A stretch of DNA of 64,000 nt from the human T2T-CHM13v2.0 reference genome, Homo sapiens. This document shows positions 16,931 through 31,400 of this stretch, piece by piece (position 1 is the stretch's first letter; every line of letters begins with the position of its first letter). Under the pieces are notes generated by a model, which was not told the origin of the DNA, made no database searches, and saw nothing but the letters and a program-made list of their open reading frames with translations. A program made the translations under genes and the position numbers. The DNA is taken from assembly GCF_009914755.1 (NCBI RefSeq), contig NC_060929.1. One strand, given 5' to 3'.

Positions 16931-17401
16931 TAATGTTATCCACTGTTTTCATGCAAGGAAATCAGCTCAAATTAGAAAGGAATTCATGGTGAATGCACAA
17001 CAGGATCTCACAGACTTCAGTTCATAGCTACTAAGCCTCCCTTCCCCTCTCTTCTCAAAGCTGTGTGATTCTCACAGTGAGCCAACTCCATTCTTCTTTC
17101 TCTGCAAACCAGCTTCTCTGTTCAAAGCTGTACCTGGTACCTGGACCGTAAAGCAGCCCCAAAAGGCTTGGTTGTCCCCAGATAACTGACTCATCTGCTG
17201 GACTGCACATCATCTTTTCTGGAGAAGGAATCTGGGCGGTTTCCTCAGAGGCCCCATTCTTACCCCAGGAGAGAAGAGAGGAGCAAGTCCACTGTTACAG
17301 AGGGCTCTTCCTCCACCCCTTCTGGACTCCTGCTCCAAAGACCAGCACAGTGCCAGTGACCCAAGGGCCAAGCAGGGCACCTGCTCCACAAGTGAAACTA
17401 G

Positions 17402-17754
<353 letters not shown>

Positions 17755-18396
17755 TAACCCTGAACTCTGAGAACCCCCAAAATCTTTAACATTGATATTA
17801 ATAAGTAATGAGTAACTTATGGCCAAACAGAGCCAATAAAAAAATCAATCCCAGAGTTTTCAAAGTCTGAAGAAAATACTGGCATAGAAACCATCACCTC
17901 AGAACAATGAATTCTGATAGTAAAGCAAAGGTGTGGAATCCTCAGATGCCATCTACTCAGGAATATCTATCCCCAAAACAGAATCCCAAACCGCTGACAG
18001 ACACACCCTCCAGCCCCCACCTGTCAAGAACAGGAGGGGTAAAAAAACAGGTAAATTTGCCCAATGCATTAGTAAAATCAAGAATTGCAACAACAAACAA
18101 CTGCCGAGGTAGAGCCAATTCCCACTGCTGACTTCCAAAAGAAGGAGCAGGTTCAAGAAACGACTAGTCTAAGGTTGTGTTCACACACAACTCAAAGGCA
18201 GAGACAAAGCTATGCAAAAACTTTCTAAGAAGGAATGTCTTCTTTTTATTTTTACCCAGAAAGACAGCACTTTTTAACTATGAGTTAACCAAACAGGCAA
18301 AATCTCATATTCATCTCGTCAGTTTGGACTAAAAGAATAATTTTTAAACTGTAATAGAGCCATGGTTAAAGTTAACTTTATTCAATTTGTCAATAA

Positions 18397-18709
<313 letters not shown>

Positions 18710-19989
18710 TGAGATGTTTTAAAGAATTGGCTAGAAGGTTTTTCCAAACACAAAAAGTACTGTGTATTTCCAATGGCAAAACTACATTTTATAATCTGGG
18801 AAGATCTTTTTCACAACTTTGCAAGACTTTTGAAATGGTAAAAACCCATATACTTAAAAAAAAAACTTTCTAAAATTCCACTGTATCTATTTTTCATATT
18901 TGGTCCTTCCAACTCTGTGGGCAGGTAAGTCAGACAGAATAAAGGAATTTTAGAAAGAAGAGGAATCTTTAAAGCTTACATACCCAATTATTGTATTTTA
19001 TGGATAAAGGGATGAAAGCTGAGAATGCTGAATGACAAGTTACAGGTCACAACCAAGGCAGACCAGGAATTCAGGGCTACTCAAATCAGGTACAACTTTC
19101 ACACTCTTTTTTTTAAGCTCCCCTACCACCCCACTAAGTTGCTTCTCAATTAAATGGCTTAAATAATCAGTCAAGAGGTAATTTAAACATCCCTCAGAGC
19201 AGAGGTTCTTACAAAGGAGAGAGGGAGGGACCACAGACTTGGACCATAACTCAGTCAATGGTCTAATTCTGATCTGTGCACTTGGAAAAGAAGAGCCACA
19301 ATCACACTTTTGCCAAAACAAAGCTCCTCCACCATATTTTCAGAAATCATCTCCATAGCCACCCATATAACAATTCTAGGTCAGAATGTCTTGTTCTAAC
19401 CCTTTTGTATGAAAATTTATACTAACTTCTTCCTTTTTCTGACCCAGAAGAAATAAACAAAAACTTCACAATACCCGTCAAAGGCCGGATAGATGTGAGA
19501 GCTATTATTATGTTACTGTCTTTTCCCAGTTTCTTTACCCTCTCTTTTCCCAAACATTCCTCCTTGCTAAGTGATTCTCATCCAGACATCCTCCACATTC
19601 TAGAACTTGCTACACCTGCAAATCATCACTTCTTTGGGTGAAAAACACAAAGCGTCCTCTACTTCATTTAATCCAAAGACTCTATACCATGAGTCTTCCT
19701 CATGAAATGGAGCACCCTCTGGCTTGAGGACTTATATGCCATCTTATGTACTTTAATCCTGGACTTATGCCCCTCTCCTTGAAGACTCTGGTTGTGTCTG
19801 CTATAACACAGGAGAAATTCCTAACATTTGAGTTTTGTACAATTGATCTTATATTGCTCTTTCTCTGTAAATCACAATGATCTAGGGTAAGAACAATGTC
19901 TCAGCTCTGAGCTTATTGAGAATGTCTCTATTGGAAATGTGGATGAGCATTTGTGAACTTCATGCATTCATGACAGTAATCTGTAGGGC

Positions 19990-20790
19990 TTTTGAAAAGT
20001 GCTTGGTAAAAATTCAAATGAAAATAAATCTCTCTCCCACTGCCAATCCCCATTCTCTCAGAAACGCTTCCCAAAGGCCACTACTGTTACTAGTTTCTAA
20101 TGTATCCTGCCTGCAAGTATTATCTGCATGCATACTTTCCCACCCAATTTGTCTTTGTATATAATGGTAACACATTAAATACTACCGGGCCCCTCTGCTT
20201 CTCTGCCCCCACCATTTATATACCATATCCTGGAGATCATTTCGTATCTGTACATACAAATGTAACACATTCTTTCTTAGTCTTTCGTCTCTATATTGTA
20301 GACTGTAACTGACCTGTGTTCATATCTCAGCTTTGTGACTCTGTACAAGTCTCAGCCTCTGCTTTCTCACCTAAACATTGAGAATTACAGCATCTTCTAA
20401 AAGAGTAAGCTACTATCTGCAGAGTGTCTAGCACAGTGCCAAGCACATGGTAATGCTCAGCGATCATTAGTCCTGACATTCCTCTCCTTTGGTGGGCTCC
20501 TCATGGGGCCTGGCCTTTCATAGCAGATACTGTGGGACTATGGAATCAGATTGACACAAGCTCCAATCCTGCTCTCAGATTTCTTGTAACAGAGACATGG
20601 TATTTCATGTGGGGCAGAGGCTGGGGAACATATATTACTTTATTAGGCCAGTTTCTTTCTAATGGATATTTAGGTAGTTTCCAGTCTCTGTGATGACAAA
20701 CAACACAGGAGTAGTTCCGCTGATATTATAGAAGTGACGTATTTGATCTAATATCTTCCTGGACAAACTCAGAGATTGGGGACTTGCTTT
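19990..20790 (-). mobile_element. Old L1ME-type 3' fragments interrupted by a plus-strand MIR (~20310-20475)
   Basis: ccactactgttactagtttc and ggatatttaggtagtttcca motifs; MIR tail agtgtctagcacagtgccaagcacatgg. Confidence 0.5.
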
Positions 20791-21186
20791 TGAATTCCCT
20801 GATCCAGAGCCACAGCTTCTGTGCGCTCCTCATTCAACAATTTTGCTTCCCCTCTGGGAGCCCTTTCAGCTTTGCCTTTTCTTTGTCTTCTCTGTTCCTA
20901 TTGTCTGCTTAACATGAAAAATGCACTCAGGTAGGCCTGGCAGCTAATTACTTCAAATAGGGGAAACCACCTTACATAGAAGATGGAATGACTAACTGTG
21001 TGAACTTTAAAATTATCACACAATGTCATCACTGTTAATGAACACACTGTAAGAAGTTTGTTCTTTCCAATTCATAGTCATAGAAAATCCCAAGAGGGCT
21101 GGAGAGCAGTGAAGATCTGAGGTGGGGAGGAGAGGAGGGTAGAGATGTTGGTGTAAAAAAAAAAATCAGAGAAGAAAAATGGCTTG

Positions 21187-21455
21187 AACAAATACTAGAT
21201 GATTCCATTTATATGAAGTACTAAAGTAGTCAAAATCATAGAAACAAAGTAGAAAGACGATCACCAAGAGCTGGGGAGAGCAGGAAGGGGTAATTGGTGT
21301 TTACGGGGTATAGTTTCAGAGTCATAAGATGAAAACACTCTAGAGATTGGTTGTACAACAATGTGAATATATTTAATACTATTGAACTTACTCTTAAAAT
21401 GCTTAAGATGGTAAATTTAATGTTATGGTTTTACCACAATGAAAAAAAAAAAAAA
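21187..21455 (+). mobile_element. Short L1MB-type 3' end
   Basis: gattccatttatatga...gatggtaaattt...poly-A; TSD aaaa(t/a)ggcttg retained. Confidence 0.8.
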
Positions 21456-21929
21456 GGCTTGGACTAAATGCTACTCTGAAGAGTAGAAACATAGTAAGAA
21501 AGACACTTCCTAACTCTGTGATCCTGATACTGCTCCCAACAGCTGCCCTGGGGTGCTAAAATCTGTAGGCAGGCAGGACAGAAGAAACCTTCACATAGTA
21601 TGCTCTGACTGGCCCAGTTCTTCACACTCGATTTATACTGAATGTTCTAGATTTAAGTGAGAGTGTCCAATTTCCTTTCCAAGCCCCTCTCACTGTACTT
21701 GAATGGCCTCTCCTTACCCCTCACTCTCAAAAGCCCACAGCACCTCAACATAATAACATCATCCTTTGTATATGAAGTTCATGCCATTACAGCGAATATA
21801 CCTCAGACATTGACAGATGGATTCACAGTGGTCCACACTGTGAATAGAAAGACATCCTTTTGGTTTAGGAGAAGGAAACTAAAGTGTACCAAGCCTCTAC
21901 AAGTTCTGACAAGATACTCAGCCCATTTC

Positions 21930-22080
21930 AGACACATCCCCATGACAGCAACCCATCTGACAGATGAAGAAATCAAGGCTCAAGCTGGCTAAGTGACTTT
22001 ATAATATTACATGTCTAGTACATGGATTACTGAAGCTGAACCAGCAAAGTACCAGGATCCAGCTTACTGGATCGCACTGA
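21930..22080 (-). mobile_element. MIR fragment
   Basis: ctgacagatgaagaaatcaaggctca...ctaagtgactt. Confidence 0.6.
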
Positions 22081-22899
22081 TACATCCGTCTCTATTCAGA
22101 TAACTCACCTTTCCTCTGCCTTCAAAACACAGATTTGACTGCCACAAGCCACACTGAGGTTCTGCTGACTTGCATCTGACACAATGTGCCAATCAGAGGA
22201 AGTGTTCAATAAATAACTATTGTTTTGACATTGCTATTTCTTAGCAGCCCAGAGCTATACTTCATCAAATGAAACTGTACTTCATTATATCGAATAATTT
22301 CTCTGTCTTCCCTGCTTTGACTGCACCTACCTTGGGTCAACAATAGATGCTGGTTAGCTACCCTCAGGGGAATCATTCACTATGGGGGGTCCAGAGCTGT
22401 GTGGCACCATCATCCCCTGGAGTTGGCCCACTGACCTACTAACTACAAAGTGCTCACGTCTGGAGTAATGGAGTGTTTGAATCAAACATAGTCGTGATTG
22501 CTGAGGATGCTGCAGAAACATAGTGTGAGCCCCAGGGCAGATGGAGTCACCTGTCACATGGTAGATCAACCACTCACACCAGCTCTGTCAAGGGACAGAG
22601 TTTCCAGGGAAGCAGCCCTCAAGCCAAATCTGTTGATCAGAAATGTTTAACTTAGCACACAAAGTCTTCTTATAATAAAATTAATTGCTAGTATTTCAAA
22701 TTCTAGGAAGTTCACATGAACATCCAGATTTTGTACTTCTCTTGAAACACTGGAAGATACATCAACACTAGGTCCACTCCGCTGCACAGAAACAACTGGC
22801 TTGGTCCAAGCGGTAAGTAGCTGTCCTCTTGCACACTGTGCACAAACCATCCTCTCAGAAATCATTTTCACAACCCCTTATGCACTCTGTTTGCAGCCC

Positions 22900-23480
22900 C
22901 TTCCACAGAGGCAGAATGGGAATGCCAAAAATGTCATCTTATCTTGCTTTGCAATAGTTCAAAGATTATGCTGCAAGTATTTGTGTGTTCAGTGAGATAT
23001 TTTTAAGAACTTAAAATGCTGCATCAGATAATCAAAGCCTTGTGTATCCATCCCAAATGGCTTCACCCATTACTTTTCTTATAGCTAATTATGAATTATA
23101 TCCAAATATTCTGTCTTCATTGCCTACTTACAGCAGAGACGATCTCCTTTGACAGGAATCCAACTGTGTGAGTTGCCAAGAACTTGTCAGAGAGAGGGTT
23201 GTAACAGGAGGGCACTTTTTCCTCCTGCCGTCCCTTTTCTGGCTTTACCCAAGCTCCTCTGAGGCAGTTTAGACTTGCAGGAATGCTCTGGCTGCCTGCC
23301 CTGATGCTGACCTCCTCTGGGTGGGGAAGCAGGCAGCTGGGTGCAGGGCACTTGATTCTGGAATGTACTTCCTCATAAAGGTGCCAGGGCCTGCACTTGG
23401 CAAATTCTAAACACAATGGCTTTTTAGCTGCCAGGGCATTTATTACTCCTGATTGAGAGGTGAATAAACATGCTTTTTAA
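22900..23480. promoter_or_regulatory. Candidate internal promoter/enhancer in intron 12
   Basis: No recognisable repeat; GGAATG (TEAD) at 22919, 23280 and 23360; TTCAAAG/ATCAAAG (TCF/LEF) at 22958 and 23031; GATA at 22938 and 23026; ACTTCC (ETS) at 23367; minus-strand donor GTAAGT at 23126-23131. Confidence 0.45.
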
Positions 23481-23679
23481 ACTTGCAGACAACTGGGATG
23501 CAAGTTAAGGGGACTAGTCATCTAGTTTGATTGAATTACTTTAACTTCGGAATTAAAAAGAAAGGTCTTCTAAAGTAAAAACTCATTTAGTATAAATTAA
23601 TGATACAAACTAACAAAAAGTAATAACCCCCATCACGACTTTTTAAAAAATTATATACAAATGTTTTGTGTTTTTTTTG

Positions 23680-23832
23680 AAACACATCACATTTATTCAT
23701 TTGCATATTTTCAGTGACACTATTGTGCTACAAATGGCAGAGGTGAATAGTTACATCAGAAACCACATGGCCTGCAAAGTCTAAAATATTCATTATCTGG
23801 CCCTTCGTGAAAAACGTTTGCCTATTCCTACT
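23680..23832 (+). mobile_element. MER58B (hAT-Charlie) 3' part
   Basis: atggcctgcaaagtctaaaatatt...tctggccctt...gtttgcc. Confidence 0.75.
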
Positions 23833-23856
23833 CCACTAAATAACTCTTGTGGGGTA

Positions 23857-25316
<1,460 letters not shown>

Positions 25317-25320
<4 letters not shown>

Positions 25321-25392
25321 TGCAGTGAACCAAGATTGGACCACTGCACTCCGGCCTGGGTGGCACAGTGAGACTCTGTCTCAAGAAAAAAA
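25317..25392 (+). mobile_element. Alu 3' fragment (~75 bp) fused to the L1PB end
   Basis: aggttgcagtgaaccaagatt...ctgtctcaagaaaaaaa. Confidence 0.85.
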
Positions 25393-25499
25393 GTCAGGAT
25401 AAAAGCAATTCAAAAATCAGACTGAAAGGTGGTCTCAGCAAAGTCTTAAATTTTAACACAGCACTATTTAATCCTCTTTTTAGAATAAAAATGATGAAT

Positions 25500-25935
25500 A
25501 CACACCACTGTTTAAAATATATAAATAGTCATGAATGCTTAAAGATATCACTACAAGAATATTCACTTTAGAGCTATTTATGGTTTTCAAATTTTGAAAC
25601 AGCTTAAATATCCAAGAATTAAAGATTGGTTGAATTGTCACATCTCTATATCTACACAGCAGAAAATCATACAGATATTAAAATGGCATTGTTTAGGAAC
25701 ATTTAAACATATCCATGAGGTATTATTAAGTAAGAAAAGCAAGTTGAAAACCCATGATTGTACCACTTGTGTGAAAAAGATATACAATTGACCAAAAGGC
25801 TGTATAATACAGTGCTACTACAAGTAGAATGGAGTTGAATATAAAAGTTTTTTTCTTTCTTTTTGGGAGAGAAGATTCTAAGTTTTCTAAATTTTATAAA
25901 ATAAGCATGTGTTTTTGTAATAATAAAAGCATAAT
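25500..25935 (+). mobile_element. Old L1ME-type 3' fragment
   Basis: gaaacagcttaaatatcca...gattggttgaa...ttaagtaagaaaagcaagttg. Confidence 0.55.
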
Positions 25936-25963
25936 ACATTCCACATTTTAAAAAGATCCACCT

Positions 25964-26276
<313 letters not shown>

Positions 26277-26286
26277 GGATCCACCT

Positions 26287-26580
26287 GCCAGGCACAGTGG
26301 CTCACACCTGTAATCCTAACACTTCTGGAGGTCAAGATGTAAGGATTGCTTGAGGCTGGGAGTCTGAGACCAGCCTAAACACAGCAAGACCCCATCTCTA
26401 CAAAAAATAAAAGATTAAAAAAACATTAGCCGGGCGTGATGGCGTATGCCTGTAATCCCAGCTACACAGAAGGCTGAGGTGGGAGGATTGCTTGAGCCAT
26501 AAGTTCAAAGCTACTGTGAGCTATGGCCACAACACTGCATTCCAGACTGGGTGACAAGGTGAAACCTTGTCTCAAAAAAA

Positions 26581-26610
<30 letters not shown>
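26287..26610 (+). mobile_element. AluJ with an (AG)n tail extension
   Basis: J-type arms; A tail then (AG)11; followed by gatccacct. Confidence 0.9.
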
Positions 26611-26611
<1 letters not shown>

Positions 26612-26619
26612 TCCACCTG

Positions 26620-26818
26620 ATGCTGGGAGGCTGTCCTCCAAAAAGGCTGGGCTGTGCATTAGGGGGACCAGCTTACAACAAATCCTAGACATCCTTTGTC
26701 CTCTGATGCCCATGTGTAAGTAATACATAAGCTTCATGTAACTTGTTGCATATGAGCGTGTTCTCTCTCAATGGACTCAAACAAGTCAGTAACCAATGCC
26801 CAGTAAACCTACTCCACA
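26620..26818 (+). mobile_element. ERVL-type LTR 3' part (LTR47/MER70-like)
   Basis: Ends ...agtaaccaatgcccagtaaacctactccaca, resembling a recalled LTR 3' end. Confidence 0.45.
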
Positions 26819-27199
26819 GTAGTTTTAGCCAAACTGCCTTTCACGTCTTAGTTTCCTCATTACCTGAAGGGAGGCAAAATAATAGTGATGTGGCAAGGTA
26901 ATCTATTGCAAATTTAGTCATGTTTTATTCTTGTCAGTGTAGAACCACCAGAAAGAACTTTATTTCCTTCCAGCCCAACAAGAGGAGGGGAACTAGAGTG
27001 AGACTTAATTTGACTTTAGAAGCAGTAAGTCAGGTGACATTCTCACACACAGGAATGGTAAAATAAACTCATACACTTTTCTTCACAGGCTTGACAAAAG
27101 GATTAAATGAAATGATAGATGTCATAATGCTAGGTCAATTTTCACACAATGTTCCAATGTTAATATTGTTACTAAAAATTTCATTTACTTCCTATAATG

Positions 27200-27400
27200 T
27201 GCTAGACCCAGGAGACCTGGGCTCCTGTCCCAGCCACACCTCTGAATAACTGCTAGAAGCACATCTTCCTCATCTGTAAAATGGTATGTACTCTTTCCCT
27301 TGCCCCACCTCACAGGGTGAGGCTCAAACAAGATAATATCTGTGAAAGGACACTGGAGAGTGTTAGACAAGGGTGATCTATAAGCAAGCCACAAACTAAC
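27200..27400 (+). mobile_element. MIR
   Basis: ttcctcatctgtaaaatgg...cctcacagggtgagg. Confidence 0.65.
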
Positions 27401-27509
27401 GTCAGCAATATTACTTCACAGTAAAATTCTGTGAGCAATGAGCACTGAACATGGATTAAAGCTGCTTGATTAGGTGGTTTTATTAAAGACACAGTGTCTT
27501 CATTAAAAA

Positions 27510-27962
27510 AAAATCTGAATAACCCAAATATCCATCAACAGTAGAATGAATAAATTGTCAAACACAAGAATACTCACAGCAAGAAAAAGGAATGTGCTTT
27601 AGTACACACTGTATATAATGTTGGCAGGAAGAATCAAGACACAAAAAAAGACATACTATGATCCATTCATCTAATGTTAAAAACAGGCAAAATAAACTAA
27701 TTTGTTCAGGAAACTGACAAATTATAATGAAAAGAAAGGAATGAAATTACCACAAAGTCAAACAGAAGTTTCCTCTAACTGAGGGGAGGAAATGGTGAGA
27801 ACACTTATCAGAGAAATGCCCATGTGGCACTTTTGGGATGCAGGCTAGATTAAACTTTGTATGTGTCTACACACATATGTATACATGTATGTATATGTCC
27901 ATAAGTATGGATATTTTATTTATATACTTTCTATATGTGTATTATGTTACACAATAAAAGAC
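27510..27962 (+). mobile_element. L1ME/MC-type 3' fragment
   Basis: aacccaaatatccatcaacagtagaatgaataaattg...acaataaaag. Confidence 0.65.
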
Positions 27963-28032
27963 CAATAATAACAAAGAACCAACTGGATTCTGTACAAATG
28001 AAGCTCAAATTAAGTTACCTCAATAGTGCTCC

Positions 28033-28168
28033 TTTTTTTTAATTTGTATTTTTAATAGATAGGGGCCTCACTTTGTTGCTCAGGCTATACTCAAACTCCC
28101 AGGCTCAAGCGATACTTCTGCCCTAGCCTCTTGAGTAGCTAGGACGACAGCCTTACCATCATGCCCAG
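28033..28168 (-). mobile_element. FLAM-type Alu monomer
   Basis: Single antisense arm, ~135 bp. Confidence 0.7.
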
Positions 28169-28279
28169 AAGTGCTGTTTTTTGTTGTTTGTTTGTTTTTT
28201 TCAAGACTCTTGCTAAGAGTTTTTTCAATTTCAACTCAAATACATCAAATTAAGAAATTACTCAGTTTAGCATTTTGTC

Positions 28280-28453
28280 TTGTGTGGTTTTTGTTGTTTG
28301 TTTTAAGAAACAGGGTCTCAGTCTATCACCCAGGCTGGAGTGTAGTGGCATGATCATAGCTCACTGTAACCCTGAATTCCTGGGCTTCAGCCATCCTCCT
28401 GCTTCAGCCTCCCAAAGCACTGACATTACAGGTATGAGCCATTGTGCCCAGCC
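28280..28453 (-). mobile_element. FRAM/FAM-type Alu monomer
   Basis: Single right-arm-like monomer ending attgtgcccagcc. Confidence 0.75.
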
Positions 28454-28496
28454 AAGATTTTATGTAAAATAAAACCCCTTCAAAAAGAACGTATGG

Positions 28497-28862
28497 GGCC
28501 AGGCATGGTGGTTCATGCCTGTAATCCTAGCACTTTGGGAGGCTGAAGAGAGATGATCACTTGAGCCCAAGAGTTTGAGACCAGCCTGGGCAACATAGTG
28601 AGACCCTATCTCAATAAAATAAAATAATATAAAATAAATAAAATTAAAATAAAATAAAATAAAATAAAATAAAATATAAATAAAATAAAATAAAATAAAA
28701 ATAAAATAACCAGGCATGGTAGTATGTGCCTATAGTCTCAGCTACCTGAGGTCAGAACATCACTTGGGCCCAGGAGGTCAAGGCAGCAGTGAGCTATAAT
28801 CATGCCACTGCAATCCAGCCTGGTGACAGAGCAAGATCCTAACTCAAAAAAGAAAAAAAAAG
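28497..28862 (+). mobile_element. AluJ whose middle linker expanded into (AAAAT)n (28613-28708)
   Basis: Two J arms separated by ~95 bp of AAAAT repeats. Confidence 0.88.
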
Positions 28863-29098
28863 AAAGTACAGTCATTAAGCAGGCCATGGTGATTCAAGAT
28901 GACTATATGTCTTCTTAAAATTACTGTCTGCTTGAACATTTCCAAGATCAAATTAAAATTTCTAATATTAGAAAATTTTAATATTGGAAATTTCAATAGA
29001 AAGACTGTAGAGTTATAGACATCACCTGAGTATATCTTACACTACCAGCCTAAAGGAAAACAAGGTTACATAGATAACTCAGGGGAACCATGACTTAC

Positions 29099-29220
29099 CA
29101 GCTGGCTGTGTTTGTGCTATTCGCTTAGGGTAAGTCTTGCTTCGACTTCTTGTCACATTCTGATCAGGCCGGGGAAGCTGAATAGAAAGATCTCGGCTCA
29201 TTTGCAAAGCTGTCCTGCCA
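29099..29220 (-). CDS. EPB41L4A: EPB41L4A coding exon (probably exon 12): (S)GRTALQMSRDLSIQLPRPDQNVTRSRSKTYPKRIAQTQPA(E)
   Basis: 122 nt; acceptor ctctcaag (AAG), donor gtaagt; FERM-adjacent domain; seen in ORF 29079..29288. Confidence 0.95.
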
Positions 29221-30819
29221 CTTGAGAGTGCAACATTTTGATTAGCAAAGGTAAAACCACACAGCCACAAAATTAAACAACAGGTCATTCAGAACATCTG
29301 CCAAATATGGAGAGAAGAAAAAACACACAGACTCCCTGGTTTTTAATTGATTCTCATTGCAATATTGATCAAGGGAGTGGTTATTAAATTCTAGGAGGAG
29401 ATTTACATTAGATAGAAGGAAAATCTTTCAGAGGAGGAAACAGGAAGAAAGAATTTATTAAAGGAGGAATTAGATTTCAGTAGAATGATGGGCTAGAAAT
29501 AAAGGTTGCTGACAGTCTTTAAGGTCACTAAATAATAAAGAAATTAAGTTGGGCTAAACTGTGGGAAGGCAATGATTCCACATGAGCTCCATGTTGTACT
29601 CACACAGCAGGTTGTAAACCATCCCCCACAGGACCACTCGGTATGATTTTATTCTGGACTCTGTCATGGCACAATTAGCCATTTACTATGCCCACCCTGC
29701 CTGGGCCAGATCAAGTGTCCAGGAAGACTGAAGGCAGGCCTAGAACCCCATGCAAAGCACTGCTGCTCTATACATTCCATGCAGATTCCAGGGCAGGTTT
29801 CCCTGGGGCTGGGCCAAACTTCTCAAGTAATTTTCCCAAGGAATCATGTGATTTAGTTTGCTGGATTTCAGTGAACATTCACCTTACTAACAATTTATTC
29901 CACAACTGCTGAATTTGAGCAACTGAATGACCCTGGCTTTCATGCAGGTAAATATCATTTAGGTACAGGAAAAACGCATTTCTACAAGTCTAGTTTGATT
30001 CACCACAAGTACAGCCATCTATGGGAGGAAAAAAGTCTTTTAATGGCCCCAAATCCTATTCATCTTACATTTACAGGATAAACACAGGTGAGTGTTTCCC
30101 CAAAAAACAGATTTAACAGACTTAAAATTCATCTTTCACATGCTTCTGTGGAAGTTTCTCCTCCTTACTACTTCCTCTACCTTTATTAAAAATGAAGATG
30201 CCTACAAAACTTATAAAAATGACTCTGCATCAGGCTAAGTTGGGACGTGTGGTATCAGCTACCAGGGGAATAAAGATGCCAGGGCGCATCCATGATTGTT
30301 CTTCATGTTCAGTAACAGTTCATGGAAATTCGGGAGGGGAGAGGAGCAAACTGACAGATTTTCTTTTGCTTGAAATGTAACTTCTTCTAAAAAGGTACAC
30401 AGGATAACATAGATTTCCAAAAAGCTAAAAATCCCCATAAAGTGAAAAGTTTCATTATTATAAATGGTCTGGAGTATGAAGATAAGGCCTACTTTCAACA
30501 GACTATTAACAGAAAGACCTGGGCACTGTACACTTCACTCACAGAGGAAAAAATGTTCCCCCTAAAAATATAACCCAATATGTGAACCACTGAGGCATTT
30601 CACAGTCAGATTTTTTTTATTATTCAAATTTTTCTCATGGTTTCTCTCTAGGAACAAAAGAGAAATGAGAAAATCATATCCTAAGATTAATAAGACCAAG
30701 GACCAGAAGCGTAAAGTGATCTGCCATAGGCTATACAGGACCCAGCACTAGAACAAGCTTTCTGACCTCCTGCTGGTCAGTATGGCATAGGCTGATGGCA
30801 TGGGAGAAGGAACAGCACA

Positions 30820-30945
30820 TGTAGCTGTTGGGTTTGAAGTTGCAAGCCCTGTTTAAAGCAAAGCTCTGCCTTTCCCCAGCTAAGTGGTCTTCAGAAAGTT
30901 ATTTGTAAAAATCCTTGCAGCCTCATTTTCCTCATTTATATTTCT
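30820..30945 (+). mobile_element. MIR fragment
   Basis: agctaagtggtcttcagaaagttattt...gcctcattttcctcatttata. Confidence 0.5.
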
Positions 30946-31189
30946 ACTTGTTCTTACAATTTCCTGGCAGAAGTATTCTTATATAGCATCCTATTTCCTT
31001 GTAGCAGAAAGTAATTGACAAGTATGGAGATTTACAGTGTAAGGTGATGAAAGTCCCTGCACATGTTTGGTGGCTCTCTGTTACGACAGGACACAGTTTT
31101 ATTTCTGTGATCACCCACTTCCCTGCTGCCTCTGGCATAAATACAGCCCTTTGCATGCTGAGTGGCACTGCCAGCAGCCCCTTCAGCCT

Positions 31190-31400
31190 CTAAGTGAGAC
31201 AGAAAGAAAAGAACGAGAGTAGAAATACTCAGGTTCAAAACCCCAGCTTTGCCACTTACTGATTAGGGACGCTTACTTTACTTTTGGAGGCTCCAATTTC
31301 TCATCTATATAAAGGGGGATATGAAACCTCTTTGGCAGGTCATTGTGTGGATTAAATAAAGCTGCACATGTGAAAGCAACTGACACAAAGGAGGTTCTTA
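31190..31400 (+). mobile_element. MIR
   Basis: caggttcaaaaccccagctttgccacttact...gtggattaaataa. Confidence 0.7.
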
